Made by a program: the position numbers and the translations under genes. From the IMG/VR virus record IMGVR_UViG_3300033182_000595, positions 1 through 64,000 of that record: 64,000 bases of DNA, one strand, 5' to 3'. Under the pieces are notes generated by a model. It had not been told where the DNA came from and did no database searches. It saw only the letters and a program-made list of their open reading frames with translations. This DNA comes from a virus. Shown here piece after piece: positions 11,101 through 21,114 of this stretch. Each line of letters begins with the position of its first letter. Position 1 is the stretch's first letter.

Positions 11101-14100
11101 AGAAAGCAACTGCGGTTGCTCAAGCTACTGACTTAGATGCTATTGAAGCTGAGATTGACGAGATCACAGTGGATATGAACTCCTTAGATCCAAATGATCC
11201 AGACAGAGACAAGAAGATACTCGAACTCAATAATAGAGCAAAGAAATTACGGGAAACCTACAATAAGGCAGAGAGGGCAAACACGAAGGCTCAGGGAGAC
11301 ATAGACCCTGAGCTTGTAAATAGATATCAAGAAGCTGTTAATTACTTATCTGAGCTAGAGAAAGCTAGGAATAAGAGACAGAAATACGAGTTTGATAATG
11401 GCAAGAAAAGAGTGCCTACCCGAAAGGATATTGAGCAGGCAGAGGATGCAGTCCAAAGTTTATCTGCACAAGCAACAAAGTATAACGAAACTGTCAAAAC
11501 TAGGAAGGGTGCCTTTATAGAAGATGCCGTTACAGAAAATGTAACTGGTAATATTAGCGAGAGTGCCAATGTCATGGAAGAGCAAGGGTCAGCTTCCAAT
11601 GCGGCTCAGGCATCCGAGTTAGAGAATAATCCAAAGGGCATGCGTGGTGCTGGCAAGTCTGAGGTGGTAGATATCGAAACCGCATCTGCCGGGAAAGGCA
11701 TTGTTGAGTTCATGGCTCTAGCCATAAAGGGCGAGCAAGATGAAACTTTTGGTGTCGTGCCAGGACTATTTGATATCATTGTGGGGGATCGCACCACCCT
11801 CAAGGCACTAGCAGGTTTACAAAAGAAGTATGAAGAGGAGAAAACAAACCCTGAGTTCTCAGATGAGTTCTTAGACTCCCTTAATAAATTTATCACTCTT
11901 TTCTATGACCGACATGCGGGTCAAGCATTCTTGAAATTTAAGAGAGGCGAAAAAACAAACATAGATTCGTTTCAAGAAATTATAGATAAAGCTAAGCGGA
12001 TTAAGACTTGGGCACAGAATCTTGCGGTCATACAAGGACGCTTCATTGATGTATTACAACTGGCTGACAAAAGAGATCTAACCAAAGCAATAGCGGGTAG
12101 CGAGACAGATCCAAAGACGGTCGTACAGAAACCAAACTTTAGATCAATCAATCAAGCCAAGGAGAGACTCAAGAATCCAGAGTACTTCCCTTATGAAATA
12201 GTACACCTTGCCCTCAAGGATATAGGGTATCACCCCGATTCTCCCGTATGGAAGGCTATGCTGTTCCCTGAGCAGAGGGATGATGCGGGTAACCTATCCA
12301 TACAAGAGATACTCGATCACTTAAATAAGGATAATATATTTGATGCGGAAGAATTACTTTCCGTACTACAAGAGATATACGGGGACGACCACTACATACA
12401 AGAGGATCTTAGATTCCTCGTAAACTATGGGTACACCCGTAATCTCAAGAAACTTATTAAGAAGGGCGAGGAAGCACCTATGGGAAGTATTTATACCGAC
12501 CCATTGGCAGAGTCACGACTAAATCCGAACGCCCAACATATACCAAACAAGGTAGATCCAATCACAGGCAAGGTGGACATGGGTCATGTCCTAGTACTTG
12601 ATGAAGCAAGTGCCAAGGCTTCCATCGACAATGCCCGTGCATCTTCTCAGAGCTACATGGCTCCCGAACAGAATCCGCTGGAGCAAACACACCCTGAATT
12701 AGTGGAGGAAGGCAAGGCGGCAATGAACAAGTTTGCCCCCGGTGGTCTAGGTGTACCATTCCCATTACGCACAGCACTTAATCAGATCAAGGGAGTAAAG
12801 AGTCAGATAGCAAGTATAGCTAATGTATCAAGGCTACTAGATAGCAAGATACTAGATGGGTTTGAGGTTGTGTTCATGGATTGGGAGCAGTTCCGACCAT
12901 ACGCAAACCCAAGGATGGGGGTCGTGAATAAGGCAGTCATTCTTCCAAAGAAGAAGAGGATAATAATTTCCACGGCATTTAATAATAATACCAGGCATTC
13001 AGCGATGGATACTTTGATGTCTGATATCGTGCATGAGGCTATGCACATGGTAAGTAAGCCCGCCATCGACCTTGGTTATGCTTATGCCACAGGCAAGCAA
13101 GAGGTTATCGAATCTGCCATAGAGGAACATGGAATACCCGCAGACTTTAATAGTACTGGCGAGCAACTTGCTAAGATCTACAAGGACATCACCGAAAAGT
13201 TATTACCCTACCTTCGTGAGCGTGGAAGGCTGGATAACCACTACGGATTAACATCCATAGATGAGTTCTTCTCTGAGCTGAAGAGTAATCCGAAGTTCCA
13301 AAAGTTCTTACGGGAAACCAAGCTCCCTGCTTCCATGGTTAAGAACAAAGGACTGATTAGTACTGTCCTTGATTATATATTTAACATACTAGCTAAGCTC
13401 GGATTCAAGGGCGCAAGCACATCAGATTCCGCTATGACTTATGCCCGTGACGAGATGAATAAACTCGTTGAATTAAGTAATAGTGTGAGCGACTTGTATG
13501 ACTCAATTATTCATAGTAATATAAGAAGCATAGAAAATCTTCCATCTCGATTGGAGATGGGATTTGACAAAGATAAATCCATACCCAACCTAACAAACGA
13601 TGGCTACTTCGAGACAACAACTTTTATCAGCACGGAAAGGGCGAACCCTACAAATCCCGGAGGACCGTCAAAATATCCTGAAGTATCGGAGCGATTACAG
13701 GCACTCAGAGATCAAGCGATTAGAATCGCTAGAGAAGAAGCAAGGCTTGACCTTCTCGCAGAAGGGGACACTAGAGACCCTAAGAAGTCTAGTGAAGCCA
13801 ATCAAACAGCCTTAATCAAGCTACTAACTCGCCCCCTGTCTCTGATACCACATGAGGCACGGGAAGCGGTAATAAAATTTAGAGAATCGGTAGACCTTGT
13901 ATCAGAGGATAAGATATCATCCCTTACTGAAGGATCAGCTACCAACTCACAAGCAGAACTACTCGATGCACTAGAGTCTGCATTTGAGAATGGTTCGATA
14001 GATGAGAATACATTCATCACTCAGGTACAGGCTCAATGGGGCAACTCTTTATTAGGGTATGATATAAAGGCTGACTTTGAGTCCGCCCTTGCAGACCTAA

Positions 14101-17100
14101 GGGAGAAACTAGAGGACGGAACAGAGATTGGGCAGGACTCCGAGTGGACGTTTATAGCTAAAGGATCAGAGGCAAGAGCATACAAGTCGTCCGATGGATT
14201 GATTTATAAGACCTTCTTCCTCGCTCCACAGGAACAGGATGGTGCGGTAAACTTAAACCTACCTATCGTTGGATCCAAGAATGTAACCGATTGGGATTTG
14301 GTCGGGCAGAATACATTAGATACAGATGAGCATCCATTGGTGGATAAGTTGATCTTTGATAATGTTGCGGGCTTCGTTCAGACAGAGATGGTGGCGATCA
14401 CCGATCAAGGTCGTGTAATTTACAAGCAACCAGATGTGGGGGATGTTGAGGCTACACCACAGGAGATACAAGATGCAATCCTACGCCACGGACATACCTT
14501 GCTCGAGGAACTCTATCCAAATACCGATCTTGATGCGGGTATAACTGCCGCACTTGTGGAGAAGGATGGAGAGAAGTACATTGTTGCAGACCTCAATCCA
14601 CGGAACGCAAGGAAGCTACCGAATGGTGAGGTTGTATTTATTGACTTCATTGCCCGCAAGCTCAACCCAGCAGACAAGATCAAGGTAAAGAAGAAGCCTC
14701 AGCCTACCTTGGATATGGATGTCAGTGATGACGATCTACTGGGTAATATTTATACACCACCAAACGATCTACCAAGGGGGGCGAGCGCACGACCCGATGA
14801 CAATGCCCGTATTATGGCACAAGCAAATGCGGCGGGATTTAATGAGATGATTGATGCTATGGTGAAAGTCCATAGGAAGTTCGGAGAGAAGCTTGGCATT
14901 AAGATAGATAAGTTCATCGAGGACTATGCAAAACCTGGCAGTAAGTCTGTATCCAAGATCAAGGAGCTACTAGGCAAAGACCTCAAGCCATTTGATATAG
15001 ACCCCAATGACATCCGCATAGAGGATGCGGGACTTAATTCTGTATCAAGATCGTATGGTGTGCGCAGAGCGATATCCAATCTTGAACGCGTACGGGAAGA
15101 CGCACGCAAGAATAGATCAAGTTCTGACTTTTTGGTTAAAGAGATCGAGCAGAAAAAGATCGAGAGCCGTAGGGTATGGGAGGATCTGATTAAAGGCAGA
15201 ATGCCATCCCGTGACAAGTTAGCTAGAAGGATCAAGGAGCGACTGAATGCTACATCTTTTGATAGGCTACAAGAATTTGTTGAGTCCATGCCTAACTCAG
15301 GTATGTCTCAAGCCGACCTCAATGCAGTATATGAAATATCCGAGTCCGACCTTATGGACATGATGGATGCTGTGGTTGAGGCAAGGGGAGAGATTGACGG
15401 ACTAAATAAGACCGAGCTTGAGGAGAGGTTAAATTCCATGAGCGATCGTAGGCTTAGTGGGATACAGGGGGATCAAGTCAGGCAGAAGGTGAAACGCATG
15501 GCAGTAGTTCGCGCGATCAAGAATAGCCGTGATGTTCTTTCATTGCTTCGCCTAAGCAAGGGATTGATTGGTGGCCCAGAGCAGAACTATAAGGATGCCG
15601 CTACCATGATTGCCTTGGCTGAGGACATGGACGCACTCAATGCAGTCAAGTTCTCTTTCCCTGGTATTCAGCAAACTCCGATCAAACACTTCCTAGAGAT
15701 GCGCAAAGAGGAGATGAGTGAGGTTGCCAACCTTGAAAAGATCAAGGCATCCATGGAGGTATACGACTATATAGATAGATCACTAGGGGATAGGTCTGCC
15801 CGCTTGCGTATGGCATTGGGTGAGCTTGAGCCTGTTAATATCCATGACGGGGTTACCCTTGTTACCTTGGAGCGTGACGAAAACGAGCCTACCGGATGGA
15901 AGCGTGGATCATACACCGTGCAGATCAAGAATGGTAAGCTTGAGGATAGGGACGGATTTATTAAAGCAAACAAAGATACGCTCATGGGACTTCGTGACGA
16001 AAAGGTCATGTCGCAGTTCGGGAATGAGCCATGGTGGGAAGTAATGAATGAGCAAGCCAACCTTGCCCTTACTGAACCTATCTTGGACGAACACTTCCAT
16101 GCACAACGAGCCGCTTGGTTTGCTGGTCTACAAGGTCTAACAGAAAGATTTAGTAAGCTTGGGTACGAGGGTAAGAAGTTGGCACAGATGTCCACGCGTA
16201 CTGTTGCTTTGTTTAGGGACTACTCATCCAGATCCCAAGCTTACTCTAAAATGTTTAACGCTTCATACCACAAGGTAATGAAGAAGCTCAAGCTCGGCGG
16301 CAATGAGCTATATAGCGGGCTGTATCAAGATATCTTCTGGTGGCTAGATAATCACCCTGAGTTTGCAGGTCGTGAGGATGAAGCATTTCGTTCACTATGG
16401 AGTCACCTCCGTGAGAATGCCAACATTCCAGACAAGTCAAAACTAGATGAGGAAGCTAGAAGACTAATCAAGGACATGATCGGTAAGGCAATCCAGGCAC
16501 GAGACTGGGAGGCTGAGGTAAACAAGAGACTTGGTAATCGTATCCGTGATGATGAGATAAAAGTAGAGTCCTTTGTGAATGGTGAGATGGTAGACTTCTA
16601 CCGCTTACCACTTGAGATGGGATATGCAACCATGCCACGCACATTGAATGATGCTTACATCCGTGTGACGGCTGACATCATGAAGCAATGGGATGACGAT
16701 AGTGGTGCGGGACTACTGGCAGAAGCGGCATCCGCAAATGATGCGGAGACAATGAGTAAGATCTACTCTGTATTATTTTCTAAGGAAGTGGTGGATCGTT
16801 TCGTCAAGCCATACACCAATACAGATGTAAGACAGAGTGTGTTCCGCGGACCAAAGGATGAGGATGGATACTCCCCAGAGCTAGGCAATAGTTTTATTAG
16901 TGAAGCATTCAAGGCATCCGATGGGGATATCTTTGAGATGTCCAATTATATTTATGACCAAGTAGCGGAAGATCCTACTGATCGTGGTAAGTTGGAGTGG
17001 CAACACGCTTTCCTTAAGCAATTCTTTAAGAGACACGCACAGATAAAGAAGGTATCGAATCGTATCTCAAGGGAAAAGAACGGGATGCACAGCGGTGAGA

Positions 17101-19487
17101 GTATGCGTAACACACCTCAAAGCCTGGACGCTCGTATGGTTGAGAGTCGGTTACCGAAGGAGTTCTTCTTCTACAATATGTATGACGAGGTATCCTCTAA
17201 CATTAGGCTGGCTTTAATGACTGCAACCTCTGCCTTTGGTCGTGATGGAGAGTATGCTAATCGTGCGAGAAAAGAAGGTGGTGACAACTTAGATGGTGCC
17301 GCATCCACATTCAATGAGTTGATGTCCCGTGTCACCAAGAGTCCTCACAAAAAACCAAGAGCTACATATAGCAGACAGCAGAAAAAGGAAGCGTACGAAG
17401 AACTCCGTAAGGACGGATATCAGAATGTAGAGAAAGTATGGAATGATCTGTACACTAAAGCGATTGCTCACGGTGAACTAATGGTAGCCTTCGATCACCT
17501 CGGTAAGTACTACGGGCGGGACAACATAGCCGGACCTTATCAGGATGCGAATCTGTTGCTCGAGCTACTCGGTGCGCAGTCAATGCAAGTGCTGAATAAT
17601 CCGAAGTCATCGTTCTGGCAGGCACTCTCCTTGTTTGAGTTCCCGAATGCTTTCCGTGGATTAAACAAGATTGCAGGAAAGGCGACCGCATCAGCGTTAG
17701 GCAATTTCGTAAACCAAACCTTTGGTGGGATCGCTGAAGCTATGGGTGTAGAGTTAGGTAAGACTGGGCGGTACGCTCAGTATTTAAATAATACGCACTT
17801 CCGCATGGACGAGATGGATCTCTCGTTTAAGGAGTACAATGCGATGGTGGGGTCGGGTGGTGATTTAGCCGAGACCATACGAAGCCGACCCGCACTTGGA
17901 TTAAAGAAGTATATCCGCATGACCAAGAACCTTGCGACCCACCACCGCAGAAAGAAAAAGGATGGTACACGGGCTCCAATAGATCCACTTACACCATTCA
18001 CGGGCATATTCCCATACATCAATAATGTAGTGAACCACTCGATTGGTGTTGGTGCTATCCATACATATAGCGACCTAGTCCTACAAATAGCTGAAGTAAT
18101 TGAGAGCCAAGGATACACAGAGTATCGTGAGTTCACCGCCAAAGACTTAGGCATGGGTGGCAAGATGGGGGAGTGGGTACTAGGAGAAGAGGATGGGTAT
18201 AACCGAGCCAATGAAATGCTTGTGTCTGCCGGGGGACCAACTATATCCCGCTTGGCATTCGACTTTGTAGATCGCAAGAAGGGAGACAAGAACGCGCTAC
18301 CGATCGAGAAAAACATGGCACTCCTGATCAATCAGGTAGCTATGAATAATGTATCGGGTGAAGGGTTTAACTCTAAGCCGTCCTGGCTATATACATCTCC
18401 AGCCATGCGTTACTTTAGTACCTTCCTTGGCTGGCCTCTTGGTAAGATGTCCCGTGACTTGCAGTTTATCTTCAGAGACCCAAATGATAGGGTACGCACC
18501 TACAAAGCATTACTTAAATACATTGCCTTAATGTCTGCGGTGTATGCACCCGTGGGTCTATCCTTTGCTATGCTTATAGATTGGTATGATGAGGAGATGT
18601 TGGAGAAACCAAACAACTTACCTCCAATGAGTCCATGGGCGGCACTTCCAATCGTTGGCATACCTCTCGCCATGAGAGATGAGAACTTTACTTTATACTC
18701 TGTTACCTCCCGTTTAGCTAAAGCGGGTGTACCATTTGGTATGGGCATGGATGTGCTAAATGGAATGTTTGCCAAGGGTGATCCATACGGCTCTGCCCGT
18801 GAGCTTAGCTTGGATAGTAGAATCTTTGCATGGAGTATGTTTAAGAACATCTACGATGCCATGGGTACGTGGATACACTCGGGAGAGTTTGACTGGCAAA
18901 TGGTTGGTCGTCCGATCGCTTATGGTATTGGTGGAAATTCTGTAATACAAATGATGGATCTCACTACTGCTCTCATGGATATAGACTCCGAAGAGCGTAG
19001 GGTAGCCGACTACATTGGTATGCGGAACTACATCAAGAAGACTGCATTCATGATGGGACTGCCACTTCGTCCACCATCCAAGGGCGGGCAGATGCCCACA
19101 GGAGTATCAATGAATACCAGGCAGATGGCAAGAGCCGCATTTGCAAATGACACAGAAGACTTCCTTGCTCAGTACCAAGAAGCACTAGAGGAAGCAAAAG
19201 ATTATATTGATGAGCGTGGTATGGACATCACTCCTGAGAAATATGTGGCTGACGCATTTAAGGATAGGGATATCCGAAGCAATATAACTGCCCGCAAGAT
19301 CGGTGACGAGGACTGGGCAGAGCTTATGAGCCTCTTACCAGAAGATGCCAGGGATAAGATACAATCAGCGATCAATTCCCATGAGCATTACCTTAGACTT
19401 ATCGGAGGATCTTACAGGGCTCCGTCCATAAGGACATCCTTCGATAGGGAACGCGCAAGACAGAGAGCCGCACTAATGCTATTATAA
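8172..19487 (+). CDS. Giant (3771 aa) polyvalent-type internal virion protein with zincin (HEAMH) and kinase-like domains
   Basis: Gly-rich hydrophobic N-terminal segments; HExxH at nt 13032-13046; kinase-like motifs KGSEARAY..IYK, DLNPRN, FIDF at ~14150-14650; hydrophobic C-terminal region. Confidence 0.7.
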   Translation: MSQFLNDPQNEVVDQLRKRYLEEYGIDTSNFSNEELIFKHGQDLEGSGMDMDGIESEYGELFKDQYYDIKNRARPDQSYGDDFGDAISSATSGLQSTALGGLGLGLGQLGFEGAEDYLLGKAAEYQEEASQSRPTVDRFSDVRWDRPEEVARFLIGAMGEVIPSTVESGGAALLGGGIAGLGAKTLAKTAIRKSINERLKKTVGQSVIDLGKEIAKKKALTPFNVGAGAGLAASSFGLSSGEIYTELYPYTQLDPSNPDYVDPQEARNISTGFGFVAGGLDAFGAGKLLSKLTGASDKVASGYFKTLLKSLPEGIFVEGGTEVLQELINMTAEKYARGMEMEFNDQEISRLFDAGVLGAIGGTQFSAISAIKGIQKKEIDQDTSMEPQNDILLSLESLLERLSDQRAEDDSRYGVGDEVEIALSGNTGTITKISGNNVEVKLSNGDLAETTMDRLTQAVDPQEELSQPQTKYQELNFDETESKVEEPSAEKIVGGDVKIQDEPVIKPKKKLLGTEVLSIQVKDGDTRTKKDLTVTQAKDARELYDALVELSKKDMSKNIGYANKTGGFAGNVRSALISRLGQDKVKRLWTPENIQVLRDMGILNYSNEWQLGTKLDDALDQKNEEERAQKRKNFIKREGFAQDNEVVIRETGEQTKITEIMDNGMVKVDGSDNPFFPRDLKKVVAPKKPRKSKPKSNKSKPAQGPIEEVQQEIEEEVPDPIFFDDEGEIVTDVDLENANIGFSYTSGKEIKQNSLTFEGVTDIDGFIEGVKAWVSNTQKNKKRFDRRQLENLRGLEIDGVLYPVEITDDYISVAGLDIYTTERADLEARRGPVPFPINNMVTDSVRLEDSINSDSTPNGKLLNTQVFATTRTKSAVLLRKPASKNNEEFFRLVTLSKGKTSRKTILKGYDSVTGKHIYLKEGVSNNFSEYEIVGKIESTDVVPKDLDVFFGDLDEFMADERVVEFMNRQKVESKSEQKATAVAQATDLDAIEAEIDEITVDMNSLDPNDPDRDKKILELNNRAKKLRETYNKAERANTKAQGDIDPELVNRYQEAVNYLSELEKARNKRQKYEFDNGKKRVPTRKDIEQAEDAVQSLSAQATKYNETVKTRKGAFIEDAVTENVTGNISESANVMEEQGSASNAAQASELENNPKGMRGAGKSEVVDIETASAGKGIVEFMALAIKGEQDETFGVVPGLFDIIVGDRTTLKALAGLQKKYEEEKTNPEFSDEFLDSLNKFITLFYDRHAGQAFLKFKRGEKTNIDSFQEIIDKAKRIKTWAQNLAVIQGRFIDVLQLADKRDLTKAIAGSETDPKTVVQKPNFRSINQAKERLKNPEYFPYEIVHLALKDIGYHPDSPVWKAMLFPEQRDDAGNLSIQEILDHLNKDNIFDAEELLSVLQEIYGDDHYIQEDLRFLVNYGYTRNLKKLIKKGEEAPMGSIYTDPLAESRLNPNAQHIPNKVDPITGKVDMGHVLVLDEASAKASIDNARASSQSYMAPEQNPLEQTHPELVEEGKAAMNKFAPGGLGVPFPLRTALNQIKGVKSQIASIANVSRLLDSKILDGFEVVFMDWEQFRPYANPRMGVVNKAVILPKKKRIIISTAFNNNTRHSAMDTLMSDIVHEAMHMVSKPAIDLGYAYATGKQEVIESAIEEHGIPADFNSTGEQLAKIYKDITEKLLPYLRERGRLDNHYGLTSIDEFFSELKSNPKFQKFLRETKLPASMVKNKGLISTVLDYIFNILAKLGFKGASTSDSAMTYARDEMNKLVELSNSVSDLYDSIIHSNIRSIENLPSRLEMGFDKDKSIPNLTNDGYFETTTFISTERANPTNPGGPSKYPEVSERLQALRDQAIRIAREEARLDLLAEGDTRDPKKSSEANQTALIKLLTRPLSLIPHEAREAVIKFRESVDLVSEDKISSLTEGSATNSQAELLDALESAFENGSIDENTFITQVQAQWGNSLLGYDIKADFESALADLREKLEDGTEIGQDSEWTFIAKGSEARAYKSSDGLIYKTFFLAPQEQDGAVNLNLPIVGSKNVTDWDLVGQNTLDTDEHPLVDKLIFDNVAGFVQTEMVAITDQGRVIYKQPDVGDVEATPQEIQDAILRHGHTLLEELYPNTDLDAGITAALVEKDGEKYIVADLNPRNARKLPNGEVVFIDFIARKLNPADKIKVKKKPQPTLDMDVSDDDLLGNIYTPPNDLPRGASARPDDNARIMAQANAAGFNEMIDAMVKVHRKFGEKLGIKIDKFIEDYAKPGSKSVSKIKELLGKDLKPFDIDPNDIRIEDAGLNSVSRSYGVRRAISNLERVREDARKNRSSSDFLVKEIEQKKIESRRVWEDLIKGRMPSRDKLARRIKERLNATSFDRLQEFVESMPNSGMSQADLNAVYEISESDLMDMMDAVVEARGEIDGLNKTELEERLNSMSDRRLSGIQGDQVRQKVKRMAVVRAIKNSRDVLSLLRLSKGLIGGPEQNYKDAATMIALAEDMDALNAVKFSFPGIQQTPIKHFLEMRKEEMSEVANLEKIKASMEVYDYIDRSLGDRSARLRMALGELEPVNIHDGVTLVTLERDENEPTGWKRGSYTVQIKNGKLEDRDGFIKANKDTLMGLRDEKVMSQFGNEPWWEVMNEQANLALTEPILDEHFHAQRAAWFAGLQGLTERFSKLGYEGKKLAQMSTRTVALFRDYSSRSQAYSKMFNASYHKVMKKLKLGGNELYSGLYQDIFWWLDNHPEFAGREDEAFRSLWSHLRENANIPDKSKLDEEARRLIKDMIGKAIQARDWEAEVNKRLGNRIRDDEIKVESFVNGEMVDFYRLPLEMGYATMPRTLNDAYIRVTADIMKQWDDDSGAGLLAEAASANDAETMSKIYSVLFSKEVVDRFVKPYTNTDVRQSVFRGPKDEDGYSPELGNSFISEAFKASDGDIFEMSNYIYDQVAEDPTDRGKLEWQHAFLKQFFKRHAQIKKVSNRISREKNGMHSGESMRNTPQSLDARMVESRLPKEFFFYNMYDEVSSNIRLALMTATSAFGRDGEYANRARKEGGDNLDGAASTFNELMSRVTKSPHKKPRATYSRQQKKEAYEELRKDGYQNVEKVWNDLYTKAIAHGELMVAFDHLGKYYGRDNIAGPYQDANLLLELLGAQSMQVLNNPKSSFWQALSLFEFPNAFRGLNKIAGKATASALGNFVNQTFGGIAEAMGVELGKTGRYAQYLNNTHFRMDEMDLSFKEYNAMVGSGGDLAETIRSRPALGLKKYIRMTKNLATHHRRKKKDGTRAPIDPLTPFTGIFPYINNVVNHSIGVGAIHTYSDLVLQIAEVIESQGYTEYREFTAKDLGMGGKMGEWVLGEEDGYNRANEMLVSAGGPTISRLAFDFVDRKKGDKNALPIEKNMALLINQVAMNNVSGEGFNSKPSWLYTSPAMRYFSTFLGWPLGKMSRDLQFIFRDPNDRVRTYKALLKYIALMSAVYAPVGLSFAMLIDWYDEEMLEKPNNLPPMSPWAALPIVGIPLAMRDENFTLYSVTSRLAKAGVPFGMGMDVLNGMFAKGDPYGSARELSLDSRIFAWSMFKNIYDAMGTWIHSGEFDWQMVGRPIAYGIGGNSVIQMMDLTTALMDIDSEERRVADYIGMRNYIKKTAFMMGLPLRPPSKGGQMPTGVSMNTRQMARAAFANDTEDFLAQYQEALEEAKDYIDERGMDITPEKYVADAFKDRDIRSNITARKIGDEDWAELMSLLPEDARDKIQSAINSHEHYLRLIGGSYRAPSIRTSFDRERARQRAALMLL

Positions 19488-19488
19488 T

Positions 19489-20397
19489 ATGCCAATAAAA
19501 AAACTACCTCCCGGTACGACAGAAATCATAGAGAAGAGTCGTAATGTACATTTCATAAAACATCAGCTTAAGTCATCGCAGGAAAAGGATTCTTTCTGGG
19601 TACTACTTAGTTTCGATAGACATCACGATAATCCCAAGTCGGATAATGTCATGGAGCTTAGACACCTCCGACAGGCAAGGGAGAGGAACGCGGTAATCAT
19701 AGACGGAGGAGACTTGTTCTGTGCGATGCAAGGGAAGTATGACCCGAGATCAGACAAGCGAGATGTAAAGCCAGAGCATCAGAAGGGGGACTACCTTGAT
19801 TCATTGGTAAAGACCGCCGCTGATTTCTATGGTCCTTATGCTGATCTGTTTGCAGTTATGGCACCAGGTAATCACGAGACTGCTATATCCAAAAGGCATG
19901 AGACCAACTTGACTGAGCGATTAGTTACTATGCTTAACGACAGGCATGGATCAAAGATTCATGTGGGTGGGTTTAGCGGATGGATAAAATTCCAACTACT
20001 ACTATTTGGGGAGGCAAGAACTGTAAACTTATGGTACCACCATGGATACGGAGGAGATGCTCCAGTTACGAAGGGAACTATACAAACAAGTAGGCAAGCG
20101 GTATATCTTCCTGATGCTCACATTGTAGCTACAGGACATACCCACAACGAATGGCAGTTCCCTATCCCTCGTATTAGATTAACTAATAAGGGGAAGGTGT
20201 ACCATGATGAGCAACTACACTTAAAGGTTCCATCTTACAAGGAGGAGTATGTGGATGGGTATGGTGGATGGCACATCGAAAGGGGTGGTCCACCCAAACC
20301 AACTGGTGCTGTGTGGCTTAGGATGAACCTCCGCAAGTCATCCAAGGACGGAGTGGATATATGTGATCCAGTTATCGAAGCAATAAGAGCTAAATAG
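19489..20397 (+). CDS. Calcineurin-like metallophosphoesterase
   Basis: DxH, GD, GNHE, HHG and GHTH motifs in canonical order. Confidence 0.85.
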   Translation: MPIKKLPPGTTEIIEKSRNVHFIKHQLKSSQEKDSFWVLLSFDRHHDNPKSDNVMELRHLRQARERNAVIIDGGDLFCAMQGKYDPRSDKRDVKPEHQKGDYLDSLVKTAADFYGPYADLFAVMAPGNHETAISKRHETNLTERLVTMLNDRHGSKIHVGGFSGWIKFQLLLFGEARTVNLWYHHGYGGDAPVTKGTIQTSRQAVYLPDAHIVATGHTHNEWQFPIPRIRLTNKGKVYHDEQLHLKVPSYKEEYVDGYGGWHIERGGPPKPTGAVWLRMNLRKSSKDGVDICDPVIEAIRAK

Positions 20398-20398
20398 T

Positions 20399-20430
20399 TT
20401 GCCAAAGTGTAACACGAAAAGGTAAGTTAC
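20399..20430 (+). promoter_or_regulatory. Sigma70-like promoter overlapping an operator site
   Basis: TTGCCA-N18-TAAGTT with TGTAACAC GAAAAGGTA AGTTAC at 20408-20430. Confidence 0.5.
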
Positions 20431-20552
20431 TTGTATGCACCAACACATTATCGTGAATCATGACATCGGACTACATTTGGTTATTTACTCTGACGAGGCC
20501 GAGGTAGACCTGGTTAGTATTCTCGATAAAGTAATCATAGAGCAACTGTGTC

Positions 20553-20783
20553 ATGCCTAAACCCGGATACAGAGATCCTAATGCCAATCCTAGGAGTAAA
20601 AGGCAAAGGAAGTACCAGGGAAAACCTGAGCAACGAAAGAATAGATCGTCCCGAAATAAGGCACGAAGGAAGTTAAAAGGGTGCAAAGGTAAGGATGTGC
20701 ATCATAGGGATGGAAACCCAAGGAATAATAAGCGCTCCAACTTGGTGTGTATGTCTAAGAGAAAGAACCGAAGTATAAAATGA
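20553..20783 (+). CDS. Small HNH endonuclease-like protein
   Basis: DVHHRDGNPRNNKRSNL HNH motif. Confidence 0.75.
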   Translation: MPKPGYRDPNANPRSKRQRKYQGKPEQRKNRSSRNKARRKLKGCKGKDVHHRDGNPRNNKRSNLVCMSKRKNRSIK

Positions 20784-20989
20784 GCGTGTTCGACAAACAA
20801 GACGATGAGGCAAAGAAGAAATGCACCAATGAGTTTGTGTCTTTTTTGAAGAGGTGGGAGGCTGAGTCCGACCTAGAGAGTAACGAAATCTTAAATTGCG
20901 TATCTGATGCGATTGATGAGCTTTATGAAGAAGTGGATGAAGAGGTTGAATTTATTTCAGAGATTGATCTCGATGGGGAAGAAGACTGA
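20780..20989 (+). CDS. Small acidic hypothetical protein
   Basis: Start overlaps the HNH stop. Confidence 0.5.
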   Translation: MSVFDKQDDEAKKKCTNEFVSFLKRWEAESDLESNEILNCVSDAIDELYEEVDEEVEFISEIDLDGEED

Positions 20990-21114
20990 AGAGTATTCAA
21001 TCTACTCGGAGAGATTTAAGCGTGAAGTCGATAAAGCGCATCGTGACTTTTTTGAAAGGCGTGGTATTCCACTCCATAGTCTTGATGGCGATTTTATCTT
21101 CGGAACCAAGGAGT

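Noticed and set aside
750-18950. Numerous antisense and off-frame ORFs of 60-180 aa inside the structural genes
   Set aside because: Shadow ORFs of long coding genes with no recognisable motifs
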